This document shows positions 23,901 through 36,278 of a stretch of 64,000 bases of DNA, piece by piece. The notes under the pieces were generated by a model, which made no database searches, was not told the origin of the DNA, and worked only from the letters and a program-made list of their open reading frames with translations. The stretch's first letter is position 1; each line of letters starts with the position of its first letter. The stretch lies in assembly GCF_963921235.1 (NCBI RefSeq), contig NC_086097.1:103542001-103606000 (forward strand), read 5' to 3'. Position numbers and translations under genes: made by a program. The stretch is from Mobula hypostoma. Taxonomy: Eukaryota.

Positions 23901-26900
23901 TGGTCAATACCTGCTTATCAGTCTGTATTTGTAAGTCCCACAGGATCTTAGCTCTGTCGTTCTTCACTACCTTCTCCGGTGTTTCCCATTTGGACTTGGG
24001 AGTGTCCAATCCATACTCAGCGCAGATGTTCCCGTACATAATTCCTGCAACTTGGTAGTCCTGTTCAGTCTATGCCGTCCCTGCCTGCATCGTGCACCTT
24101 GCTACTACATGCTGGATGGCTTCAGCGGATTCCTTGCCGTCTGCATCTTGGGTCTCGTCTGGGGTGATACACCCCTGCTTCTATTGCTCTTGTGCCCAGC
24201 GCCTGGTTCTTGTGCAGCCATAAGCAGCGCCTCTGTGCTGTACCTCAGCCCTGCCATTTCCAGCCATTGGTAGGACTTCACATCAGCCACCTCTGATATC
24301 TGGCGATGGTACATCCCATGCAGCGGCTTGTCCTGCCCTGGCCTCTGGCTCTGCTTCACCTACTTCCATTTCCATATCCCCTGCCTGCTGTCTGAGGTGT
24401 CTCCTAGCAGGTCGTCCTTAGGGGCCACCTTCCTGACATACTCATGGATGTTTCACAAATTTTCCAGGACTGTGGCCTTGACACTTCCAAGTCCCTGTCC
24501 TCCTTTATTCTGGCAGGTGTACAGTCACTCGACATGGACTTTGGGCGGGATCCTCCATATATTGTTAGTAGCTTCTGGGTCTTAACGTCAGTGGCTTCCA
24601 GGTCGTTCCTTGACCAGCACACTATTGATGACTGGTAGGGCAAATGTATTGATGGCTCTGATCTTGTTCTTCCCGTTCAGCTGGCTTTTTAGGACCTGTC
24701 TCACTCTTTGGATGTACTTGGATAGACTGCACCTTGTGTCCTCATCGTGGCTTCCATGCTCTGCAGGATCCCCAGGTATTTGTATTGTACGCCTGATATG
24801 TGGCCTTCAGGTAACTCGACTTCTTCAGTCTTGATGAGTTTGCCTCTTTTCACTACCGTCCAGCTGCACGTTTCCAGTCCAAATGACATCCTGATGTCTC
24901 TGCGTACACCCTCGTCAGGTGGATTAGTGAGTCAATTTTTCTTTCATATCTGGTATGCAGCTTGATGTCAACCATGTACGGGAGGTGGCTGATGGTCACT
25001 CCACTCTTGTATCTGTACCCATATCCATTCTTTGAGATGATCTGGCAGAGGGAGTTCAAGCCTATGCAGAACAGCAGTGGGGATAGTGCACCTCTGTGGT
25101 ATATTACACATCTGATGGTCACTTGTGCTATTGGCTTTGAGTTAACTTCTAGCATTGTACTCCAACAGCCCAGTGAGTTCTTGATGAAGGTCCTTAGTAT
25201 CTTGCTGATCTTGTACGGAGACAGGCATTCAGGATCCATTGTGAGGCATTGAGTCGTATGCTTTCTGGTAGTTGATCCAGCCCGTGCTTACGTTGGCTTG
25301 CCTGGTCTTGCAGTGTCGCATATCTGCTTTGTGCTTGGAGCCCCTGGTTCCATTCCCAATCCCCGCCGAGCAGGGCTCGGCTCAGGGATTTACACACACG
25401 TCCTTCAGCTTGGTGGCAATGATGCCTGATTCCCAACCCCCTCCCCTCCCCCGCCCCACCGAGCAGGGCTCAGGGATTTACACACACGTCCTTCAGCCTG
25501 GTGGCTATGATGCCTGATTGGAGCTTCCATGTTGTTGACAGGTTATAGGCTGGTAGTTTGATGGTGTTGCTCCTTTGTGTGGATCCTTCATTATGAGTAC
25601 TGTCCTCCCTTGCGTTAGCCAGTCAGTGTGGGGGCCGGCTTCAAGCAGCAGGTTCATTTGAGCTGCCAGCTGTGTGTGTAATGTTGTTAGTTTCTTCAGC
25701 CAATAGGTGAGAATCATGACAGGCCCTAGTGATGTCCAGTTCTTCATACTTGCTCTCCTTTGCTGGACATCTACTACTGTGATGGTGACTAGTTCTTCCT
25801 CTGGGAGATTGCAGAGACTTACTTGTAGGTCTTTCAGACATTGCGCACTGGTGTTATGTGACGCTTCTTTCTCCTATATACTCTACCTGTACTCTTCAGT
25901 TGCTGTTTTAATTGGTTCAGGTACTGGCACGTTGTTGCTCCGGAACTGTGCAAATATTTTTCCTGGTTCTTTGGAGAAGAGCGCATTTATTCACCTGGCC
26001 TCTGTGTCCTTAGTGTACCTCTGTAGTCTGGAAGCCAAAGCTGTTAAATGTCGCTTGGCAGTTTCCAGCTATGGACATACCTCCGTACTTCCTTCGTAGC
26101 CAAGATGAGTCTTTTGTCTTCCCACCTTTCTGCAGCTTAGTTAGTCTGCTGACCTCCACCCTTGTGGTTTTCAGCTTGGCTTCCAATTGTCATCTCCGGA
26201 GGGTGGGGGTGGTGGTTATAACAGTACTCTTCACTGTACATTATTTAATTTTGTAGCCCAGCATTTTTAAGACTGCTGTTGGTGATATATCAGGTCTCAG
26301 TCATGTTGGAGGTTGCATTTGTGAGGAGTGCTGCTTCTAGTATGCTGTGTGATGGAATTTTATCACTGAGAGCCTAGTTTGTTGATTGACAGTTGCCAGT
26401 TTAGCTATAATCTTCTCTCTGATTGCAACAGCCAGTGTTGCGTGCCCCAAGGTGAGGTTCAAACTTGCATTTCCAGTGTACAAGGTGATACAATTACCTT
26501 TGTGCCATCTGAGAGTTGCGAAGGTGGGGTTTGAACTCATATTTTCCGAACGGCTCAGTTCTGCGGTGACGTTGCTGTGGTGCATCATGACTCTATGTCT
26601 TCTGATTCAAGATGTGATCGCAATCATCTGTTGACAATGTTTGATTGCTGGGTAACTTGCGACACTGGGAACATCGGAGGCCAACACCCAGAACCACCTT
26701 GGCTCTGCGGTGTGGCAGTCAGGGGTTCAGGCCCTGGTGGTGGTGGCCTGGTAGGGGTCTTGGACTGGACCTCTCGCACTTACGCTACATCTGCCTACAA
26801 ATACACACTCTTATAATTTATAGTTTTTTAAAATTATGTATTGCACTGCACTGCAGCCGCAAAACAACAAACTTCATGACATATGCCAGTGATTCTGAAA

Positions 26901-26905
26901 CAACA
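20950..26905 (+). mobile_element. Near full-length degenerate Rex1/Babar-like LINE, 3' UTR split by an R4-clade element
   Basis: EN motif IRDCCELCFTETW; RT motifs LQFAY and LFIDYSSAFN. 3' UTR stops at ~23520 and resumes at ~26795 (..GCAAAACAACAAACTTCATGACATATGCCAGTGAT). Confidence 0.85.
23520..26790 (-). mobile_element. R4-clade (Dong/Rex6-like) non-LTR retrotransposon with restriction-like endonuclease, pseudogenised
   Basis: Minus frames: W-TQGRTVLIMKD..PSNYQPITC; ALSPLLFCI..HLPYMVDIKL (RT); YKYLG; KPLHGMY; ILWDLQIQTD..NQPDLVILD..AIP..EKY..VIPVVIGVLG (RLE). Confidence 0.88.
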
Positions 26906-27189
26906 TGCTAATCTCAGTGCAAACCAATGACAAACATCAACTAAATCATTACCCCAACTCTTTTCACCATCCCTCACATCAGAATGCTGCACCTTTCCTC
27001 CAACTGAAGTAGAGCTTCTACCGGTCAAATGGGAACCTCTACAACCCTCCACTTCAGAACCCAGGGAGTTGTTCCAACTTCAGTCATTAAATTGTGGCAT
27101 GCAGATGTAATATACACACATTCACAAGCTGAATTCAGAGTCAACCGATTTCTCAAGCCCAAAACTGAAGGGCTATTGTGGATAATGAA

Positions 27190-27325
27190 CAAAGTGCAGG
27201 AGGAATTCCGTAGATCAGGCAGCATCTGTGGAGAGAAATGGACAGTTGACATTTTGGGTCATGACCCTTCATCTGGACTCCCCATTTCCCCTCCACAGAT
27301 GCTCCCTGATCTCCCGTTCCACTAG
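27190..27325. repeat. Penelope-type terminal repeat forming an inverted repeat around a decayed hammerhead motif
   Basis: 27213-27241 is an imperfect inverse of 27282-27310; the loop reads CAGATGAAGGG..CCCAAAATGTC on the minus strand. Confidence 0.7.
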
Positions 27326-28326
27326 TGACAGGGTCTCTCAGTCCCATATTTTCCTCATCAATCACCCTAGAGGTGAGTGAAAGTCATTCTTAACCCAAGC
27401 TAAGAGAGAGCTGCTGTCTCCATAAAGGTGGTGTAACAGTCAGGTAATATTTGTGCAATGCATCTTTCTAAATATGGTTGAAATGAACCTCAGATTCACG
27501 TGTTTCAACCATTACCCCTCCCTCACTCCGAATACCTGCCCCTCCAGCACAGAGATGAATTTTCTGCACCTCAAAACAACTTAATGACGATAAAGGGAAA
27601 TGTGGCAGAGAAGAATAGTAAATTACAATGTCAGATTTCAAACTTACTTTTCACAATATGTTCAAACAATTAACATCAAAGGGCTAGGCAAAGAAAATAT
27701 TTCACAGAGTATTTCTCAACCTGCTAGGAAATGTAAACTCAAAGAGAAGTTTCTTTGGCACATAACTAAAACTGAATTTCTTGCCAGCATGGAGACTCGA
27801 ATATCTTTAACTGCCAGAGAAATTAAACTGGCATGACACTCTAGTGTTATTTCAGAGTTGAGTGAGAGTTGTTGTTGATTACAGTAATCAGATCATAATT
27901 TAGTAGAGGAGGATCAACCATAATAACTTTGATGATATTTGAGTGCAATCTTGAAATACGATTGAAATTAGTTTGTAATAGACACCTCTTTTTCTGTGTT
28001 TGAGACTCCATAAAACATCGGAGCAGAATTAGGCTATTTAGCCCGTTGAGTCTGTTCTACCATTCCATCAGGGCTGACTTATTATCCCTCTCAACCCCAT
28101 TCTCCTGTCTTTCCCTGTAACCTTTGATACCCTGCATAATCAAGAACCGGTCAATCTCTGCTTTAAATATATCCAATGATTTAGCTTGCACAACTGTCTG
28201 TGGTAATGAATTCCATAGATTCACCACCCTCTGGCTAAAGAAATTCTTCCTCGGTTTTAAATGGACATCCCTCTATTCTGAGGCTGTGCCATCTCATCCT
28301 GGACTCCCCCACTAGACTTCTCCACA

Positions 28327-28459
28327 AACACGAGGAATTCTGCAGATGCTGGAAATTCAAGCAACACACATCAAAGTTGCTGGTGAACGCAGCAGGCCAG
28401 GTAGCATCTCTAGGAAGAGGTACAGTCGACGTTTCGGGCTGAGACCCTTCGTCAGGACT
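28327..28459 (-). mobile_element. Short Penelope-type terminal-repeat insertion carrying a hammerhead
   Basis: Exact 12-bp TSD GACTTCTCCACA (28315-28326, 28460-28471); contains the hammerhead below. Confidence 0.82.
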
Positions 28460-28460
28460 G
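28423..28460 (-). ncRNA. Minimal type I hammerhead ribozyme motif
   Basis: Minus strand CAGUC-CUGACGA-A-GGGU-CUCA-GCCC-GAAAC-GUC^GACUG: intact core, 5-bp stem I, stem II, palindromic ACGU in place of stem III; predicted cut between 28428 and 28427. Confidence 0.82.
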
Positions 28461-28471
28461 ACTTCTCCACA

Positions 28472-28797
28472 TATGGATAGTCAGAAGCTTTTTCCCAGGG
28501 CTGAAATGGTTGCCACAAGAGGACACAGGTTTAGGATGCGGGGGGGAGTAGGTACAGAGGAGATGTCAGGGGTAAGTTTTTTTTACTCAGAGAGTGGTGA
28601 GTGTGTGGAATGGGCTGCCGGCAACGGTGGTGGAGGTGGATACGATAGGGTCTTTTAAGAGGCTTTTGGATAGGTACATGGAGCTTAGTAAAATAGAGGG
28701 CTATGGGTAACCCTAGTAATTTCTAAGGTAGGGACATGTTCAGCACAACTTTGTGGGCCGAAGGGCCTGTATTGTGCTGTAGGATTTCTATGTTTCT
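28472..28797 (+). mobile_element. CR1 3' fragment
   Basis: DSQKLFPRAEM; TTCTATGTTTCTAT tail. Confidence 0.85.
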
Positions 28798-31700
28798 ATC
28801 CACTCTATCAAGGCCTTTAAAGATTTGATAGGTTTCAATGAAATTGCCCCCTAATTCTTCTAAACTCCAGGCCCAGAGACATCAAATGCTCCTCATATAT
28901 TAAACCTTTCATTCCCAGAGTCATACTCATGAACCTCCTTAGGATCCTCTCTAATGCCAGCACATCTTTTCTTAGGTAAGGGGCCCAAATCTGCTCACAA
29001 TATTCCAGTGTGCTCTGACCAATGCCATATAAAGCCTTAGCATTACATCTTTGCCTTTATATTCTAGTTTTCTCAAAATGAAAGCTAACAATGCTTTGCC
29101 ATCTTTATCGTCAACTCAAACTGGAAGTTAACCTTTAAGGAATACTGTATAAGGATTCCCTTAAGAATTCACTTGGATATTTAAATTCTTTCCCTGTACA
29201 GAAAACAATCTATGTCTTTTTTCTTTCTACCGAAGTGCATCACCATGCACTTCCCTACACTATATTCCATCTGCTATTTCTTTGCCCATTCTCCTAATCA
29301 GTCTCAATCCATCTATGGACTCCCAGCTTCCTCAACACTACCTGCCCCTCCACCTATATTCATATCGTCTGCAAACTTGGTCACAAAGCCATCAATTCTG
29401 TCATCCAAGTCATTAAAGTATAATGTGAAATGAAGCAACCTCAACACTGACCCCCAGAACACCATCACTTTGGCAGCCAACCAGAAAAAGACCCCTTTAT
29501 CACTCCTCTTTGCCTCCTGCCAATCTTCTACCAACGCTATATATTTCCTGTAATACCATGGGCTCTTATCTTGTTAAGCAGCTTAATGTGCAGCACTTTG
29601 TCAAAGGCCTTCTGAAAATGCAAGTAAACAACATCCATTGACTCTTGTTTGTCTATCCTACGTGTTATTTCCTCAAAGAATTCCAACAGATTGGTCAGGC
29701 AAGATTTTCCCTTAAGGAAACTATGGTCTATTTTATCATGTGTCTCCAAGAACCCTGAAACCTCATCCTTAAGGAATGGACTCCAACATTGTCACAGCCA
29801 CTGAGATCAGACTAATAGACCTATAATTTCCTTCCTTCTGCATCCCTCGCTTCTTAAAGAGTGAAGCGACATTTGCAATTTTCCAGTCCTACAGAACCAT
29901 TCCAGAATCTAGTGGTTCTTGAAAGATAATTACTAATGCCTCCACAATCACTTCAGCCACCTCTTTCAGTACCCTGGGGTGCACAGCATCTGGTCCAGGT
30001 TGCTTATCTACCTTCAGACCTCTCAGCATCCCACACAGTTTCCCATCTGTGATGGCAACTACACTCACTTCTGCCTCCTGACACTCTCAAGTTTCTGGAG
30101 TTAGGTAACCCTGGAAGCTATCTGATTGAGTGGGGAACTGCATTTCCAACTTTATTTTTTGGTTATCAATGAACATCTCTCAGGGAACTGTAGTTACAGA
30201 CATCATTATTTCCTACTATCTACAAACAAGGGATGCTTCTGATCAATAAAACACTGGATTAGTCTAGATAAGGGACTGACAAATAAAAGTACCAGTCATT
30301 TCCCCTCCCCACCACGAAGGAATGTTATCAACACTTAACTAGAATGTTATTATGTTAAGCTACACCAGTCCACCAACACTAGTTTTTTAAAACCTTTGAT
30401 CATGTAATGATCTCTACTGAGTGAAATGTCAACATTCTACAGGAGCATTTAGCAAGAGGGAAATAAAATGACGTGAAGTGGTGGTGCTGCCTGATCCAAT
30501 GATTGTTAATATGCATGTCCAATGCATGTTAATCCTCCTACAAACAGAATTTTACAGCAAAACTTCAAGTTCACAACAATAGCAAGAATTTTATATTATT
30601 ATTCTATTTAAAATATATCAAAAATAAATACGTTTGAGTTTGGCAACAACTCCAGTGGATTGAGAAAAGAGTTCGTACAAAAAAGTGAAAAGGAAGTAGC
30701 AACATACAAATTATGGAACAACCCAGCAGCTCCAAGGAAAAATAACCACTAAAAAAGAAGCTATGATCAAGACAGAGCTTCAATAGAACCAACTACTTAA
30801 TAATCTTCATCGCAATGAATCTCAAACAGGCAATAAATGCATTGTTGCATCATCCCGAGATCAAGGACATACTCAAGGTCTGATATGAGGGTGCAGAACC
30901 AATTGAATGGATTTTACCAAATACAGAATTAAGCAGTGATATGTTAAAACAACAGGGCACATAAGAATAAATAATCTCCAGTGAATAATCAAGGACAAAA
31001 GAAGATAATTTTAAAAGGTGCAATGGAGATATAGATCTTTCTCTCCATAAAACTACAGAGGATTCGGGTAGTGCCAAATGCAAAGATTAGCAGGTTAAAC
31101 AAATGGATATATGTTGTAGATGGATGTTAAAGGCAGGAAAAATAAAGGCACAGATCAGCAATAATGCAATAGCAAATCAGTGCCTTTGTTTAACATCACA
31201 TGTGAAAGGCTCTATATTCAATATTGCATATTATCCTCAGGGGAACAAACCTGGATTGTTTTCACTGGGGTGTCAAGAGGCCAAGGGAAGACCTGATGAA
31301 AGTTTATAAAATTATGAGAGATGAAGATGGAATAGACAGTAAGAATCTTTTTTTTTCCCTCCAGTGTAAATGTCAAATACTAAAGGACAGAGCTTTAACA
31401 TGGGAGGAGAAAGTTTAAGGGAGATGTGCAGAGCAATTTTTCTTTGTGCAGCAAGCTAGGAACTTGCTGCCAAGGGTGACAGTTGAAGCAGGTACGACAG
31501 TGGCATTCAAAAAGCTTTTAGATAGGCACATAAATAGGCAGGGAATGGCAGTATACGGATCCTGCACAGGTAGAAGAGACTAGTTTAATTTGGCGTCATG
31601 CACAGTACAGGCATCATAGACCCAAATACGAAAGCCTGCATTTAAAGTCCAACTCTAGGAACCTCAGCTGAAATTGTGGACTGACAAAGTGAAAAAACAT

Positions 31701-32007
31701 ACTTTGTTTGCCATTAAAGGGCAATGGCTTGTTCTGCAAAGTTCATATTGATGAGATCATTTGTACCTCTTTAACTGAATCCCTTAATGGTAAGGACGAT
31801 AGTGAAGAAATTAATGAGAGTGACGTTACAGAAGTATCTACTAAACTTTCCTTAGTGTTATCTTTCAAAAACTAAACCACAATTCCAGAATGTCAATGTT
31901 CTCTGTTGTAATACATTATATAATGACAAAAACAGTAAATCAACATTGTTATTTCCATACACAGAAAAGACAAGAAACAAAATCCAGTCACTTAGACAAC
32001 TTCTCAC

Positions 32008-32052
32008 CTGGTTTCATTTATTTCGATTCCTTCCTCTTTCTCTTGTTCCAAG
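32008..32052 (-). CDS. STARD9: Putative 45-nt STARD9 exon: (S)LEQEKEEGIEINET(R)
   Basis: gtttttaaacag| acceptor, CAG|gtgaga donor; phase 2-2, open, compatible with both neighbouring exons; lies in non-repeat sequence. No homology support recalled. Confidence 0.68.
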
Positions 32053-32159
32053 CTGTTTAAAAACATGACAATAGAATGGTTTTGTTACATCACGTTCCCA
32101 GCCAGCAACACTCTCTGTTCATACATATTTAAAGTTTTCCCTGCAGCCTAGGTAAGAAA

Positions 32160-34322
32160 GGAGAGCTGAGAGAGCACAACCCCATGGCTGCTGGATGAGA
32201 GCAAGTGGAGAAGTTCGCTCAAGGCATTCTACAAGTATGTGAAGAGCAAGAGGATAAGACATGAAAGAATAGGACCTATCAAGTGTGACAGTGGGAAAGT
32301 GTGTATGGAACCGGAGGAAATAGCAGAGGTACTTAATGAATACTTTACTTCAGTATTCACTATGGAAAAGGATCTTAGTGATTGTAGTGACGACTTGCAG
32401 CAGACTGAAAAGCTTGAGCATGTAGATATTAAGAAAGAGAATGTGCTGGAGCTTTTGGAAAGCATCAAGATGGATAAGTCGCCGGGACCATAGAAACATA
32501 GAAAATAGGTGCAGGAGTAGGCCATTCAGCCCTTCAAACCTGCACCGCCATTCAGTATGATCATGGCTGATCATCCAACTCAGAACCCTGTACCTGCCTT
32601 CTCTCCATACCCGCTGATCCCTTTAGCCACAAGGGCCATATCTAACTCCCTCTTAAATATAGCCAATGAACTGGCCTCAACTGTTTCCTGTGGCAGAGAA
32701 TTCCACAGATTCACCACCCTCTGTGTGAAGTTTTTCCTCATCTCGGTCTTAAAGGGCTTCCCCTTTATCCTTAAACTGTGACCTCTCATTCTGGCCTTCC
32801 CCAACATCAGGAACAATCTTCCTGCATCTAGCCTGATGAGATGTACCTCAGGCTACTGTGGGAGGCGAGGGAGGAGATTGCTGAGTCTCTGGCGATGATT
32901 GAAGGGTTGCGGATGTTGTTCCCTTATTGAAGAAAGGGAGTAGAGATAGCCCAGGAAATTATAGACCGGTCAGTCTTACCTCAATGGTTGGTAAGTTGAG
33001 GGACAAGATCCTGAGAGGCAGGATTTATGAACATTTGGAGAGGTATAATATGATTAGGCATAGTCAGCATGGCTTTGTCAAGGGCAGGTCATGCCTTACG
33101 AGCCTGATTGAATTTTTTGAGGATGTGACTAAACACATTGATGAAGGAAGAGCAGTCGATGTAGTGTATATGGATTTCAGCAAGACACTTGACAAAGTAC
33201 CCCATGCAAGGCTTATTGAGAAAGTAAGGAGGAATGGGATACAAGGGGACATTGCTTTGTGGATCCAGAACTGGCTTGCCCACAGAAGGCAAAGAGTAGT
33301 TGTAGACAGGTCATATTCTGCATGGAGGTTGGTCACCAGTGGAGTGCCTCAGGGATCTGTTCTGGGACCCCTACTCTTCGTGATTTTTATAAATGACCTG
33401 GATAAGGAAGTGGAGGGATAGGTTAGTAAGTTTGCTGATGACACAAAGGTTGGAGGTGTTGTGGATAGTGTGGAGGGCTGTCAGAGATTACAGCGGGACA
33501 TTGACAGGATGCAAAACTGGGCTGAGAAGTGGCAGATGGAGTTCAACCCAGATAAGTGTGAAGTGGTAGGTCAAATATGATGGCAGAATATAGTACTAAT
33601 GGTTAGACTCTTGGCAGTGTGGAGGATCAGAGGGATCTTGGGGTCCGAGTCCATAGGACGCTCAAAGCAGCTGTGCAGGTAGACTCTGTGGTTAAGAAGG
33701 CGTACGGTATATCGGCCTTCATCAATCATGGAATTGAATTTAGGAATCAAGGAATCAATATAGGACCCTGGTCAGACCCCACTTGTAGTACTGTGCTCAG
33801 TTCTGGTCGGATGTTCTATAGGAAGGATGTTGAAGCCATAAAAAGGGTGCAGAGGAGATTTACAAGGATGTTGCCTGGATTGGGGAGCATGCCTTATGAA
33901 AATTGGTTGAGTGAACTTGGCCTTTTCTCCTTGGAGCGATAAAGGATGAGAGGTGACCTGATAGAAGTGTATAAGATGATGAGAGGTATTGATCGTGTGG
34001 ATAGTCAGAGGCTTTATCCCAGGGCTGAAACGGTTGCCACAAGAGGACGCAGGTTTAGGGTGCGGGGGAGCAAGTACAGAGGAGATGTCAGGGGTAAGTT
34101 TTTTTTTTACTCAGAGAGTGGTGAGTCCGTGGAATGGGCTGCCGGAAATGGTGGTGGAGGCAGATATGCTAGGGTCTTTTAAGAGACTTTTGGATAGGTA
34201 CATGGAGCTTAGAAAAATAGAAGGCTCTAGGTAAGCCTAGTAATTTCTAAGATAGGGACATGTTCGGCACAACTTTGTGGGCCAAAGGGCCTGTATTGTG
34301 CTGTAGGGTTTCTATGTTTCTA
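32160..34322 (+). mobile_element. CR1 LINE (ORF2 linker, RT, 3' end)
   Basis: ORFs 32239..32493, 32927..33421 ([19 protein letters not shown]) and 33619..33942; TTCTATGTTTCTA tail. Confidence 0.92.
32489..32835 (-). mobile_element. CR1 3' fragment nested in CR1, same subfamily as 6205-8553
   Basis: Near-identical to 6205-6553, including the CATAGAAACATAGAAAATAGG tail. Confidence 0.9.
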
Positions 34323-34334
34323 AGGAAAGCCATC

Positions 34335-34660
34335 AGGAACGGTGGAGGCATACTTATACTGACTCGGGTACTACATTGCCATGATGATAATATGGAATGG
34401 CTAATCCAGTGAAGGAGAATTTTTAACCCCCCAGAGCAATATAACCGTGAAGTTGTTAAATCACTGTAAAAACCCAATTAGTTCAATAATATCCTGGAAA
34501 GAAGACCATTTAGAGCCCTTACTCAATCTGGTCTAAATGTGACTTTCATCCCTCACCCAACACAGCTGATCTCAGTTCCCTTGACTAGGGTTTGAAAGCC
34601 AATAACTGTATGTCACTAAACACCAGCCTTGCTTAACACGCAGCTGCCTATAAATAAATC
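34335..34660 (+). mobile_element. Degenerate tRNA SINE related to both ends of the LINE at 47499-53753
   Basis: Shares TAATCCAG in the head, CCTT..TCTGG.CTA..GTGACT in the body and TAAACAC..GC in the tail with that element. Confidence 0.55.
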
Positions 34661-35765
34661 CTAATTATGATAGAGAGAGTAAAACATAAAAGAATTTAAA
34701 AATAGGACAATTAAGTCAAGTTTAGAAAATGCAAGTTTCTAAATTGTGTCTATGGGACACAACTTAGTTTCTATGTGTATATATTGTGTGTTCATGTTAT
34801 TTTGATTCCGATTCTGGGCTGCGGCAACTAACCCTTGAATCCAAGTTGTTAACTGGTTAGCTGGTGAGTAAAATACTTCTTTCCTTTCTAAGCTAGGGAT
34901 GTTGTAAATAGGAAACTAATAATTTAAACTGGTTGAATTATTTTAAGTGTCTTAAAATAAACCAAATAAATATATTAATAAATTAAATAGCTAAACCAGA
35001 ATAGGACAGAGGAATCACTGTAAAATAAGTGCACTATCAGAAGCAGGTTCATGTGTACTGACAGCAACATGATGCCAGATAACTACATATGCCATAAACA
35101 TCTACAGCTTCAGAAACACAACCTTAAACATGTTAAATAAGATAGCAGGCATAGTGATGAGGCTGGAAGACAGAAGAGCGACCTAACCATTTTGACCAAG
35201 GAGCTGGGTCACCCTATATATTAACCAGAAGTTTAAATTCAGATAGTTTGGTCACAGAGGGCAAATACGATTGCAAGATGGAAAGATTACTAAAACTACT
35301 ATTACATTGGTGAAAGAGTCCCACTCCTTGCTTTTATTAACCTGCATGGATGTCATCAAAATTATAGAGAAAATGATGAGACTGGCCAAGTTACCAAAGT
35401 GCAAAACAACATTCAGTGGGGGAACAATGGTAATGGTAATGTCATTTAAGGGATGGACAGCATACTTAGAGATATGAGTGGAAGTTCCAAAGAGGTGTCT
35501 GCCTAGTGGTAAAGGACTACACCTTGGAGTAAGAGGAATCTCACTGGTGTTGGGCTATAAATCAGTATAGTAAGAATGAAGGTGGGGCAGGGGGAATTGT
35601 AGTGGTATGGGCTGTAAAATCTATTAGGAAGGACTGAGCTTATTGACAGAAGGGTCTTTATGCATCTGAACATTGTGCTTTCCCTGCTTCAATGTGAAGC
35701 AGTATTTCTGTATCAGATGATGATATTTTGCATGCAATGGAAGTTCCCTTAGTTTAACATCCTAC

Positions 35766-35872
35766 CTTGCTTGCATGAGTGGAGATAAAACATAAGGAGG
35801 GGAAAAGTTGAATTCTCCATCCGAATCCAGCCATTCGCAGGAACCACTGCTCGCCAAAGATATACTGCTACT
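35766..35872 (-). CDS. STARD9: STARD9 internal exon: SSSISLASSGSCEWLDSDGEFNFSPPYVLSPLMQA
   Basis: ttccctcatttag| acceptor, |gtagga donor; 107 nt, phase 0-2. GS-EWLD-DG...LSPL matches recalled STARD9 GSLEWLDLDG...LSPLL. Confidence 0.9.
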
Positions 35873-36278
35873 CTAAATGAGGGAAAAATATTAATCCTAT
35901 AACCAAGATAACAAATTAATTCATTTACAAATGTAGCAACCTCCTTTTCATGCACTTATACACAAACCTGAATGGGCAATGCAAGCCAGAGAAAGGAACA
36001 ATGTTGATGAATGTGTGTAAACTTCAGGCAGATGGAATACAGTGTTGGGAAATGTATGATAACACATTTTGGTAAAAGGAACCATAGTGCAGACTATTAT
36101 CTAACTGGGGCAAAAATTCAAACAGCAGAATGGCAGAGCAGACTTGATGGGCTGAATGGCCCAATTCTGTTCCCATTTATTAACGGCCTTATGGAACCAA
36201 ATGACATGAAGGGGAAATTAATACAATTGTTGGCATCCTTGTCCTTTCAAAGTGGGATTATTCAGTAACTGTGTAAAT

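Larger units (their letters stand above)
28009..30100 (-). mobile_element. Degenerate CR1 LINE (RT to 3' end)
   Basis: KSCLTNLLEFF, FQKAFDKV, KFADD; interrupted at 28327-28797. Confidence 0.88.
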
